Assembly: GCF_022539665.2 (NCBI RefSeq)
Contig: NC_081331.1
Span: forward strand, 10,044,001 to 10,108,000
DNA: 64,000 nucleotides
Direction of reading: 5' to 3'
DNA from: Daphnia carinata
Taxonomy: Eukaryota
The notes below the pieces were generated by a model. That model made no database searches, was not told the DNA's origin, and saw only the letters and a program-made list of their open reading frames with translations. The stretch's first letter is position 1; each line of letters begins with the position of its first letter. Of the stretch, positions 13,354 through 25,571 are shown piece by piece. The position numbers and the translations under genes were made by a program.

Positions 13354-13902
13354 CTAATAATCACAATAGGTATGGTGACTCAGTAAAGGTCTATTTAGTG
13401 CCACCTCTTTCAAACTGGAGCCTGGCTTGATTTCCACGATTTGGCTGCAAAAAAAAACATGGTCACGATAGGTTGTATAATTCATTTGTATGATCCTTAC
13501 CTTAACAATATTGGCATGTCTGGCCAATTCTTCATCCATGAGCTGAGATTCCCACTCATTGCCACTCTCTTCGTGTTCCACAGAATAATAAACTGGGGCA
13601 AACTGACGTCTTGATGCTTGTTTAGTGGTTCTTCTCCGGATTACAATAAAGATCTGTGTGAAATTATAAATGGTTATGTAAATCATTCAAGAAATAATAA
13701 TTTAAATTTCATTTACTATTGCCGCAAGTGCAAGGAGGAGTCCAATAATTGCCAATGGTATTAGAACTACGCTAACAGTGTCATCGTGTGCAGGTGAGCC
13801 TGCAGTTTGATTGAAAAGAGTATCTGTGCTATTTCCAACATCAGTGGTTGTAGAAGTTTCGTTACTAATTGAAACAAAGCTGCCATTGTTCACGTGATCC
13901 AT
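13354..13902 (-). CDS. Small single-pass membrane protein, SMIM29/C3orf18-like (3 exons)
   Basis: N-glycosylation-rich N-terminus (NGS, NET, NST, NQT), TM segment VSVVLIPLAIIGLLLALAAIIFIVI, basic stop-transfer RRR, then RRQFAPVYY..EHEE...WESQLM. The last part resembles the R.(H/Q)L.PMY..DP.EE..E.EQELL motif of SMIM29/C3orf18. Confidence 0.6.
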
Positions 13903-14471
13903 AGTACACTTAACAATACTTTTGTTCACCAGTCCCTTATCCGAAAATGTGAGAAATGAAAGTGCAACCAACAGGTCAAAAATATCTCAGTCGTGGATAA
14001 CGGTGTTGTTATGTTTATATACTAAAACGCCATCTGATGGTCAATTTTGGTATCGTTTTCGGTCAAATTTCTTCATTTTTCGTCTCTCCTTAATGCTTGA
14101 ATGTAGTTCTAACAGTTGACGTCTAACAGGTTATTGGAACAAGAGAAGAGGAAAACTACATAAAAATAACAGGCATAGAATACCACATGAATATTAAATG
14201 AACAGCCAGCATGACATGAACAGTCCTAGGTGCCTATCCTATACAGCATAAATGTTACTGTGGACTTGGACCTTCGCTTCGTACGGAAATACTGGAGATT
14301 ATTTTAGTACATTCATGGGAAGGTTACACGGGAGCCCAAACAGAAGAGCTCTTCTCCATGCCTTCTAAAAAACTTCCAGCTGAAAGTGAAAATGAAAGAT
14401 GGTTTTTGGACCTCATCGAAGCCTTAAAGGAAAGACAAAAATGCTTCGAAATAAAATGTCGCAACTTTCTG

Positions 14472-15073
14472 CATGGTGTACTAGCATGGTGTAACAACTC
14501 TTTGTTATAACGGCCTATCTCGGCTGAAGCCTGTTTGGGGTCTAGGTTATATATTGTCAGAGACGCCTAGTGGCCGATATTGAAGTAAAAGGTAAAGGCT
14601 GCACCTACTTGAAAAAATTTCTAAGTCCAAACAAGGGGACGTGTCCCATTATCCCATTACCTGTTACATATCAAAATTAACTTCTAACCTTTGTGTAGTT
14701 ATATTATCGTATTTTTATGTTTAGTTGGTATAAAATGTGGAAGAAGTGGGAAAAAATCTTGTTTTTACTTGTTGTTTGTACGCGCCGCGCGTGGCCAGGT
14801 TACGTTAGGAAAGGAGAAAAAAGAAAGATTTATACTGGGTTTGAACTCGAGACTCCCGTACTGCAATCGAGTGTTCTATCCATTAGACCACTGTATTTGT
14901 AATCACTTTCCTATCGCGGTACTAGTATATCTCCTCAGTACTTCTAAGTAGTTCCGATGGTGGCGTCGGCTATATCTAACCTCAGTTAGGCCACACCCAC
15001 CTCGTCAGAAAACAGGCTTCATTGGAGATAGGCCTTAAAATGGAGAGTTGTTACACCATGCTAGTACACCATG
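14472..15073. mobile_element. Non-autonomous DNA transposon, P-element/Galileo-like (602 bp)
   Basis: Perfect 30-bp TIR CATGGTGTACTAGCATGGTGTAACAACTCT, extending imperfectly to ~65 bp. 7-bp target duplication CTTTCTG at 14465-14471 and 15074-15080. CATG termini with a 7-bp TSD suggest the P superfamily. Confidence 0.85.
14833..14893 (-). pseudogene. tRNA-like (A-box/B-box) sequence inside the P-like element
   Basis: Minus strand reads GTGGTCTAATGGATAGAAC...GAGTTCAAACCC (A box plus B box at tRNA spacing). Acceptor stem not intact. Confidence 0.5.
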
Positions 15074-17346
15074 CTTTCTGCAGAAAAAAAAGATAATGGC
15101 AACAACGCTGATTTTGAAAATAGGCAACGTCCAAGCAAAGCGGCCTATTGTCATTAAAAAAAACAGTCTTCTGTGTCTTCGTGGGGAGTCACTATTTCTA
15201 TGTGCACTATACAGATAGATCTGCGTTTTTTTTACAGAAAATACCATAGCTCAACTAGCTTCACCACGAGGTATTGTTCGCAATTTGTGAAGTTCAGCTC
15301 AAGGTTAGTTAATGTCTTACATACGTGGAATAATACAAGTAATATTTTACATTGGATATTCTAGGTCTTATTGCAGTACTTTGTTACTTTTGACTGCAAA
15401 CAACATAATCCAGCTAGACCACCACCTTTTGATCATAGTTTTTGAAGTTGAGCTTAAATACGAATAAAAAAAATACCTGAAAAATGTGTCTTTTTTTTTT
15501 TTTTTTTTTAAATTAAGGGTTGCAATTTATACATAATAATATTTCAACGAAAAAAAAGGAATGGATACAAATGGGATGTAGGAGTGTTTCGGGTAGTCTT
15601 CTGGAGGTGGGAGGCTTAGTGGAATTTGTGGGAAGTGATACCGGGAGCTCAGAGAGATCCGTTTGGAAAGATTACATCCATTCCTTAGGATGCCCTTTTC
15701 CTCCCGTAGAAGTTGCTAAGGCGTGTTTTGTGCCGTCTGAGTAGTTCATCGGGCGATGGAGAAACCGGAATCATCTATGACGAAAATTGTCAACATCTCC
15801 ATTTTACATTCCTGCACCCAAAGGATAATCTTCAGTTACTCATGGTAATCTTACGTTTATGGATAAATACAGTAAGGTAGTCAGTTAATAGACGTTGATA
15901 GTAAAAAAACGTAAGGCGTATTACGATGTGTCAATCCAAAATGGTACAAAATGTTGCATTTTTATATGAGTACGATCCGTTCAGTGTTAGTTGACATCGG
16001 GAAGTGTTAAAATAAGTTGTGATGGTGACCAAAGATAGTCAGCTAAACACACTACTAGCTATTGGAACGAAAAGGGAAAATTTGGAACAGGAAACAGGAT
16101 GATTTGATAAAAACTAAATCCTTCGTCTTCATTCCGAATATGCCGAAAAATATACATTAAATAAGTATTTTAAATAATTAACAAATGTAAAAATAAGTAC
16201 TGTCGTTCACAATCGTCGAGATAAGTGTCGGGGGGGGGGGGGGGGGGTTACCTTTAAAAAAATTCCAACTTGGTGAAAAAGTTTGTACGATTTGACATTT
16301 TTTTTCTCATGCTGTTGACAATATGCTCATCCTTCTTCCTGCTTCTAAAAAAGTTCTATCCACCCTCCCTTGCCTCGTGAGTTTTTTATTAGAAAGTGGT
16401 TGCAGTTATACAGATAAAGTTATAGATAAAGGTTTTAGTGTTACAATGTGTCTTCTTTGACTTGACTACAAGTAGCCAAATTAAAGCCATTTGCCGATAA
16501 AAAATCGTTTACTCATCCAAACTACTTTGTCAAAAATTTTAGTTCAATAACCGGACATTGTCAGGAAGACGTTGTGTTATTTGATGTGTTCAAAGTGCGC
16601 CATTCGAGCTTGGACGATTGCACGCTTGCAAAATGTAAAATAAATAATAATTTTAAAAATCCCTTGAAAGTGAGAAGCATCTTAATGGGACAGACTTTTC
16701 GAGTTGGGGGGAAGTTGTTGTGGAGTTCAGCACGCAGTTGGAAAGCGAAATGAGATCCTAGATAATATGGACCGGAAATTAGCTGTTTTTACCAACATGA
16801 TTCGCCATCAGCGAGGCAAGTACACAGATGAAACTGAGACTCGTTTGCTTTTTCAGGTCATGCGGGTTTGATGGTCAAACCCACGCTGCGTACAGCGCAA
16901 CTGGAGCTTGATAAAGACGAAAAATTATGTAGAAATTAAAATAGACAACTAATTTTGTTATTGCGGTTCCTCGCGTTTGTCTACAATCGCCCTTGCAAAT
17001 TCACTGTACACTGATCCCATAATTGGTAAAAGAACCTTTTGGGAAAGCAATGGTGGTGTGATTCTGTAATCGATGAGCTGGGCACACACAGCTAAGCAAA
17101 TTTTGGAAGCGCAAAGATGTGGAAATTTTAAATTGAAGAGATATATGTCGAGCAGTCTCAGCAGCTCACGATGCGTTTTTTTTTTGCGCATGACCTCGTT
17201 ATATTAGAGGTTATCTGTGAAGCGCATACGAGTCTAGTTGAAATCCGCTGATGGGCCATCTTTGAGGAAGGCTACATAAGGCGAACTTTCTCACGTGCCA
17301 CAACTGTGTTTCGTCTCTTTACCCATTGCCGCAATTTTTGAGGCAC

Positions 17347-20300
17347 ATGGTTACCAAGATGCGATTCTTCGCTCTTTTTATTGGTATTATACTAATTCAT
17401 TAATTTTTTTTCTTTTACTTTTAAAATAGTTTTCCTTAACAAACCTGAACATTGCACTACGAATTCTAGTGATTGCGGTCAGTGCCTGCGCTGGCAAATC
17501 CGTCGAAGGACCCCGCCGTGCCGTTGTATCGATTTCGAATGATGAAATCAATGGCAAAGTTATCTTTGAGCAGGCTTCTCCTAAAAGCCCGGTAAAGATC
17601 CGCGGCACCGTCTATGGCCTGGAGCCGGGCATGCACGGCATGCACGTGCACGAAGGTCACCAGCTGGGAGCCGATTGCCACCAGGTTGGACCTCATTTCA
17701 ACCCGACTGGCAAGCACCACGGAGGACCCCGTGATCCTAACCGTCATGTTGGTGATCTCGGTAACATCAAGGTAAGCTTGATATGCTATCTGTTGTCTTA
17801 AGCTATTGTAATATTGTTCAAATACTGTATACGAACAATTATTTTATTTTATCAAACGATAGTTTTTTCAATTGCTAAAAAATTATTATGATGACAAACA
17901 ATTACAGGCCATACCATCCGGCCAGGTTTCTCGGGCAGACATCAGCATCTTGTCCCAGGTGATGTCTTTGTACGAAGACCAGCCAAACAGCGTCCTCAAC
18001 CGTGCTCTGGTGATTCATGCCAATGCCGATGATTTGGGTCGCGGTAACGGCCCCGAAAGTCTTAAAACTGGCAATTCGGGTGCTCATATCGCTTGTGGTC
18101 TCATCTCTCTTGTCGACGTCGATGAACAAAATATCGAAATTGACGAACAACTAGTCAGTGGTCATCACCAACATGGACACCACGGACATAACCATAGCCA
18201 AAATGTTAACACACGCTCTGCTGAGAGCAAGCCATTGAAAGGTTTGGAGGATTGGTCTTCCTTTGAAACGATCAAACCCACTAAACCCCACGATGGTTTC
18301 GAATTGAAAACTGCTGTTCCTACTCACAACGGTATTTAATTTGTTTTGTTTTTTTCTTTTGTTAACGTTTAAAAAACAAATTTTAACTAAAATTTTTCTT
18401 ACAACAATATTGCTGAAATTAGTTTGGAAAGTTGGTCGCGTCTATGAATATAACTACTCTGGTTTCCTTTCAACCGGTATGATGGGTATCAGCCCCATTA
18501 TCTCTGGAGGATCAATTTCAGGCCGTCTGACCGTTGAACCCGTGGATCACAGCACCATCAACATTGCCGTAAGTTTTATTAATACACAGTAACGGCAAAA
18601 ACAATTCCCTCTAATTTGACAAAAAATCAATTTACCAGTTCACCAACTTGAGTGGAAAAATGTTCAATGAGGCTGTTTTAGAAGAATTTATTAAGGCCGA
18701 TCCTGGCACCAACGTCCCACTGATGGATAAGGAACACCTTATTAAACCAATTCAGATGAAGATTGTCAATGGCAAGGTAAAAGAATATTTGCAGTTTTAA
18801 ATTTGAAGATGATAAATTCTTCTGTCATTGTAGATTGAATATGTTGCCATCAGCAAGTCGGAACCTCTGTGGACCGTCAATTTCAAGCGCGCCGTAGCCG
18901 CTCAACTGCAACTGCAGCTCGATGGAGCTTCTGGTGTCTTCCACAAAGAAGAACACGGTGCCTACTACGCCGAGAATACCGTCTACTACACAATGGAGGT
19001 AATTTGGAATGCTTTTTAGTCGTTTTTACTCAGCATTTAACTATGAAAATATTCCATTTCAGGGTTGTACCAGTGGTGAATGTCAGACCTGGTATCACAT
19101 TAGCCGCATCCCCAAGCAGCAGTTGGTTTCCAATCCGCAATTGCTGGCTGTACCTGAGCTCTGCGAGGGTTTCCCTGTTTACGAAATCGTCAAGAACCGT
19201 GATTTTGACAAATGCCAAAACCTGCCCGTGTTTAACTATATCAGCACACCTGGTATGCAGTGCGACGTCACTAGCGGCGCAAGCTGTCAGAACGAGTGGG
19301 CGGTAGGTGATCAATTTGCTTAATGTGTATTCAAAATTTGTATTATTCATGATTTTCATCCTTTTTTGTTATTAGCATGTGGACCTTGTTAGGATTCTCG
19401 GTTGCAAAATCAACGAAGAAACTTTTATCGTTCAACGCATCAAGACCATGGATCGCTTGGTTACCAAGCCTCTTGCTTATGAAACTGAGGCCCTTGAAGG
19501 TTTGACCATTCAGAAAATCGAGTTGGTGGACATCAAGAACCAGAAAAGCGATCATACCATGATGAAGATGCCCGCTGATATCCAACACTACAAATCCTTG
19601 ACTTACGCTTACGATGAAGAGCATGCTACGGAAGGTTCCCGTATGAGCCAACCAGGTCTTCGTGATATTAACACTCCGTTGGTGATGGATGTTGGTAACG
19701 AAAAAGCTATCGAGGAAGCTGATCGCCTCTTGTCGGAGATCCTTCGTGATATTGAAGGCACCGAATACTACACTGATCCCAGTGGCAAGTTTGTCGCTGA
19801 TAAAATCGAAATGATGCGTAAAGCCATCTCCAACTTGGAGTACCCTGAGCTTTTCGCCTTTGTTTCCAAACATTTGAGCAAGGAAAGTGACGAATGGAGC
19901 CCCGTCAGGTAAGATTACTTAAAAATGTAAAATCAATTTCGTCAAGTAAATTTCACTTCATTCGTGCAGCCAAGTGATGTTGGATGCTTTGGTCATTGCT
20001 GGCACCAACCCATCTTTGATGGTCGTCCGCGAATGGATCCTCAAGGGCCGTCTTCAAGGCGAACAGGCCGTCCTTTCTATATCCACGCTTCCTGCTACCG
20101 TCAAGACCCCCACGAAGCAGCTTTTGATCAACTTAATTGTAATAGAAATTTTTACATTTTTTTCTTATTCATATTACACAATCTGGTTATTTTGTCAATA
20201 GGAATTGATGAAATCTGAAGTGGTCGCCAGCAACAGAGACTTGAAATTTGCCACAGCCTTGTCCGTTTCACGTCTCGTCTACCAGGCTTGTGTCAACAGC

Positions 20301-23300
20301 ACTACGAGCACAAATTTGTTCCCCAAGATGATTATGGGCGAATTTTGCTCCGTTCGCGACCCACTGGTGACTCGCCAGTTGGTTCCTTGGCTCAACGAGC
20401 AGCTGAAGAAGGCTAACGATGACATTGAGCGCATCGCGATGATGGCCGCTTTGGGTAACATCGGTCACGAAGTTATTCTGCCTTCCATCTTGCCCCACAT
20501 CAGCAGCTGCGAGCCCAGCAGCCACTTTGAAGCCGAATGGTACGAACGCCATCGCCGCTCCATGCGCGACGACGAAGAGCCGATGATGAAGAAAGAATGG
20601 AGAAAGAAGTGGCTGGCCTACAAGAAGAAGCATCACAATAAGGATGCCTCCGTCGAAGAATTGTTGGACCAATTCGAAGAAGAACTTCGCAGTGAGATGG
20701 AGGAGGAAAAGGCTGGTAAAAGCCATAAGAAGACTCACAGGCCAGAACATAAAAAAGAGAACAAGAAAGATAACAAGAAATCGGCCAAGTTGAGCAAGAA
20801 GGATGAAAAGAAAGAACGAAAAGCTGCCAAGAAGGATGAGAAAGAGTATGAAGAATTAGAGGAAAATATCAAGATGGACGAGAAGGAGGACAAGGAAGCC
20901 TTCAAATCCGCCAAAAAGGAAGAAAAAGATGAATTCAAATCAGGCAAAAAAGATGAGAAGAAGGAAATCAAATCCATGGTGAAAGAAGAGAAACAGGAAA
21001 TGAAAAAGATGAAATCCGAAATCAAGACTGAAAAATCCAAGGAAAAGGAATTCGAACTGTTTAATGAATTCACTGACGAGGAAGACGTTGTTACCGATTT
21101 TGAAGAAGCTGTCGAAGAAGAAGAGGATTCGCTATCGATGGAGGATGTTGAAGACAGGGCTGCCTGCAACATTCTCCGCACCAAAGCCATCTATGCCCTC
21201 AGCACCATGGCCGTCAACAAGGAGGAGATCGTCTCCAAGATTTTGATGCCCATCTACTTCAACAAAGCCGAAGAAACCGAGATCCGTTTGGCCGCTCTGT
21301 CTCTGCTCTTCATCAGCAACCCTCCCGTCGCTTTCTGGGAACGCGTTGCCTTGAGCACCTGGGTCGAGCCCAACGACCAAGTCTCCCACTACATCTACAC
21401 CACCATCGCCAGCTTGGTCAGCAACAAGGACCCCAAGCGCCGCGACATTACTCAACGTGCCGAGGCCGTTTTGCCCATGATGAAGCCCATGCGCTGGACT
21501 TCTTTCGTCTCTTCCAACTACTTGAAGGCCGGTTACGAGGAGAAGAGCCGTCTCGGTTACATCACCAAGACCGTCAACTTCCCCGGATACGAATCCTTCA
21601 TTCCCTCTAACCACTACAATAGTTTGTACCTCACTTTTGGTCCTTGGTTCACTCGTCTGTTTGACGTTTCCATCAACAGCAAGCAGCCAGAGAAGTTCCT
21701 TGACAAATTTTTGGGCAAAACTTTCCTCCGTGGAAAATCCGACAAGGACGAGTCGCTGCACACTCATCCCGATCTAGAGAAAATCCAAAAAGAACTGAAA
21801 ATTGAAGCTCGTGCCACCGGTCAACCCGAAATTTTCATCTACGTCAACTTCATGGACAATTACCAACGATTCTTGGCCATCACTCCTTTGACCATTGAGA
21901 AAATGGCGGAGAAATTGATCCGCAGCAGTGTTGAACGTAGTGTTAAGAGCGAATCTTCCTTCAGCGTACACAAAGTATTGCCCATGATCGATGTTTTCGT
22001 GCGCGTCCCATCAGCCATGGGTCTCGCATATTCAGGCATCGCCCAAGTCCGTCTCTTTGCCTCCGTCAAGACCAATATTCGCACCAATGTTGACTTCAAA
22101 TCGATGAAAACTTTGAAGGCTCAGACCGAAGGTACCATCATGCCCGTCTTCAATTTGGATATCTGCAACAAAATCACCCTTGAGATGCCTTTCAGCCACT
22201 CATATCCGACTGCTGGTGTTCATGTTGAAATGATCGCTGCTATGCCTGGTCGTTTCTCCATCATTGCCGATATGGACAAAGCCAATATTGAGACCACCTG
22301 GGAATTTTTGGGTAGCAAATTGCGTCTGGCCCGCCATGCCGTTATCCCATACACCACCATCCGCAAACTGGGTGATTACACTCCGTCTTTGCTCCTACCT
22401 GAAACCAAACCCATCATGCTTCTGAACAAACCTTTGCAGGTATTTTATTACTCGTTTTCATGAATATCAAAGTGTCATAAACTAACGATTTTATTTTCCA
22501 TTAAGACTGAAACTTCTTTCGGTGGACAAGCATTGGGCTTGAACATGTTGTTGACTGAACGCGGTGATGTTCAGGCGTTGCGAGCCCCCAACGCTTACAA
22601 CCAAGATTGGTTCGGTTACTTGCTCTTCAGCGCTCTGCCATCCACTCTTCGCTATCACGAGACCAACCTCTTTTTGGACCAGGCAAAATCTGAGACCAAG
22701 ATCATCAAAAGCTCTTTCTCCATTGGTAAAGTCATCGTAAAATATCTATGAAAAATAATTTTATTCACTTTGACATGAAATACGTCCTCCTGCTCTAGCT
22801 GTTAAACAGGGTGAAGACGTCAACTCTGAGCTGCTAGAAGAAGAAGAACGTGAAAACAAGGGTCTAATGAAGAAGATGAAAAAGGTTGATGAAAGAGACG
22901 TCTTCGAGGAATTCGGTAGAAAAGAACGCAAATTCCAGGAACTTTTCAGTCAGATGGCAGAGCCTGTTGGCTATTCTCTCGATATGGCCGTTGAGTTAGT
23001 TGGCAGTGCCAGACCCCGTGTTTTCGGTACCTCACTTTCTTACGGAGTTGGAGATTACGGTCGATCACACCGCGGTAGCCTCAAGGTGGAGAAACGCTTC
23101 CATTCGGAGATGGGAGAAAACTTTGTTTTGTGTGTCGATGTTGACGCCAAACTTCCCAGGCCGTCTGTAGTCCGTCGCGAAGAATTCTTGCGTGATGATA
23201 TTTCACGCACATCTTCCATCAAGATTGGTTTCGGCAAATCTTGCACTGACGATCGCAAAATCATCATTAACGTAATTCCCCTATATAAACAAAAGAATAT

Positions 23301-25012
23301 TCGTAAAAAATTATGGTGATTAAACTATTGTACACGTTTTTAGGCTCAAATGGCCCGCAGTGAGGACGAAATTCCTTCAACCATCCAATCCAAGATGCAG
23401 GAGCGTGAATGCGCTAAGCAAGAACTTTTCGGACGTGGGGTTAGCGAAGAGTGCTTGTCTACTCGCCGCTTGGCTTCGATCCTGAACAAGGGAGTTATGA
23501 CCATCGACTACAACGAGGTTTTTAAGAGAATTTTTTTTTGTCCTAATTTTCAATGCAAAGAATTTGAACTAATTTTCAAATGTAGATGCCCGGATTCGTG
23601 CGCAACGTGACTACCAAGGCGAGCAACCTTTTCCGCCGCTGGATGGGCGAACACATGTCGGACAACCAGGTGGACGTTAAGAATACGGCCAACCAGATCC
23701 GCATTGAAAGCGTTTACTATCCAATCATTGGTTCCATGGATCTGCGTGTCTACAAACCTGAATCGAATACATTCTACCACGGCATCAATATCCATCCTTT
23801 GGCCGAAGCCGTCCTGCCCTTCAATCCTCGTCTTACCGCTTTCCGCGCTGTTTATGGTGGTCCAGGTCTCTGCATGGTTGATCGCGATTCCGTTACTACC
23901 TACGATGGCCTCACCTACAATACTTCTATCGAAGGCTGCGATCAGCTCATCACCAAGGACTGTTCCGGTCGCTACAAAATGGCTGTTTTGGCTCGTGAAG
24001 AAAAGAACGCAAAAGTAAGCGTCGTTTTAAATGCCGAATGTTGAAAATTGTTTTAAAGCATGGAATTTTTGTTTGTATATTTTCTTAGGTTGTGACTGTG
24101 TACTTGAACCGTGAAAAGATCGAGATCAACCCCGCTCAAAAGAAGGCCAAGATCAATGAAGTGGAACACGTCTTTAACGACGTTTCCCGCGTTTACCAGG
24201 TCAGGGATGTGGATCAGAACATTATTGCCCTTATCCGCGTGACCAGTGACGGATTTATGGAAGTGGATTCACCAAGCCATATGATCCGCGTAACTGCAAG
24301 TGCCGAAGAGGTCATCCTCCTGAACTCCCCCATTCATCGTGGACGCTTGTGTGGCCTGTGTGGTTCCCAAACAGGCGATAAGATCACTGACCTGGCTGGA
24401 CCCAAAAAATGTCCCCTGCCTGAAAACTTGATGAGTGTTGCTTACGAGTTGAGGCAACCGGCTGGATGCAAGAGCGCTCAAACACCCGGAGAAAAAGAGG
24501 TTCTGCGTCGTATTCAAGACAAATGCATCAAAGAAGAATCGCATGCTGTTTTTGGACTCACCGATAGACGTCCCATGGCACCCATGTTCCAGCAGCACGT
24601 CCTATCAATGGGCATCCGCAGTGCCGAAACTGATTGTGAGCTCTCCCGCAACCGCATGATTCATCGTGGACGTAAGCGCTGTTTTTCAGTCGAGCCAGCC
24701 CTGAAGTGTTCACCTGGATGCCAGCCAGCTGAATTTGAAACTGTCAAGGTAGAGTTGAAATCTTAAAAATGTGATTACCATATCCCATTAAACTTGAGTA
24801 TGTGTACGAATTCGTATGAATAGATGGGATTCCATTGCCTTCCAAGCGGACCGCTATCCGATCAGCTGAAGGAGGCCCTACCCATTCGTCCATTGGATGA
24901 GTTGGCCGGAATGGAGGTAACTAATATGGCTGTTTTGCGCGTGCCGTCGTCCTGCGCTCCCTCTAGTATCCGTGTGGAAGATAAAGAGCCTAAATCGCAT
25001 CGTCGCCATTAA
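17347..25012 (+). CDS. Vitellogenin-family protein fused to an N-terminal Cu/Zn superoxide dismutase domain (SOD-VTG), multi-exon
   Basis: Signal peptide (exon 1 MVTKMRFFALFI joined to VIAVSACAG). SOD motifs HGMHVHE, PHFNP, HHGGP, RHVGDLGNI, ALVIH...DDLGRG, TGNSGA.IACG. Vitellogenin_N start W..GR.YEYNYSG, VNFKRAVAAQLQL, MEG..SGECQT.Y, ALGNIGH, ETEIRLAA. C-terminal vWD (TTYDG..Y...CD..ITKDCS; GRLCGLCG). Stop at 25010-25012. Confidence 0.9.
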
Positions 25013-25571
25013 AATACTAAAGTGAACTGTTTGAACTGACTTAGACTACGGAATAATGGCTGGTTCACCCCCATTTATTCTTTTATTTCGAGAAAAATAG
25101 TAATTATTTTAACGTGTATTGTAATTGGGGAAATCTATGGAAATATAATAATATACAATGAAACGTTTTAACATGCGAAAATATTTTACCGAGAAAATTA
25201 CAGTAGGTATGCTTTTCGTAATAATAACCTCTTCTAGGGTCTCTTCGTACAAATTTACTTCCATTTTTCAATAAGATGATAAAACTGAACCACAGGTCTA
25301 TCACCTCTCAGTTGGCAATTAGTCGTCAACTCAGAGAGCCTCTGTCTATCTAAGGTGGTGATTGAAAGAGACCTAGGACCCGCAATGAACCCCACGCTTT
25401 CGCCACCTTCTTCCGCACTCCGCATTCCCACTATTTAATGTGAACTACACACTAGTTAGGGTTTGTTGACAGTTGTTCGCTGCTGTCATCCTGGCAATGT
25501 TTGTTAAGATTTTTGCCATTTATTAAGTTATCCATAAATCATTACTTGCTATATAACTTCACGTAAAAGCA

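Noticed and set aside
15490..15780. Poly(T) followed by a GC-richer segment, a possible 5'-truncated LINE on the minus strand
   Set aside because: No recognisable RT motif and no TSD found.
20268..22099. Long minus-strand ORFs opposite the vitellogenin exon
   Set aside because: Antisense shadows of a codon-biased coding exon.
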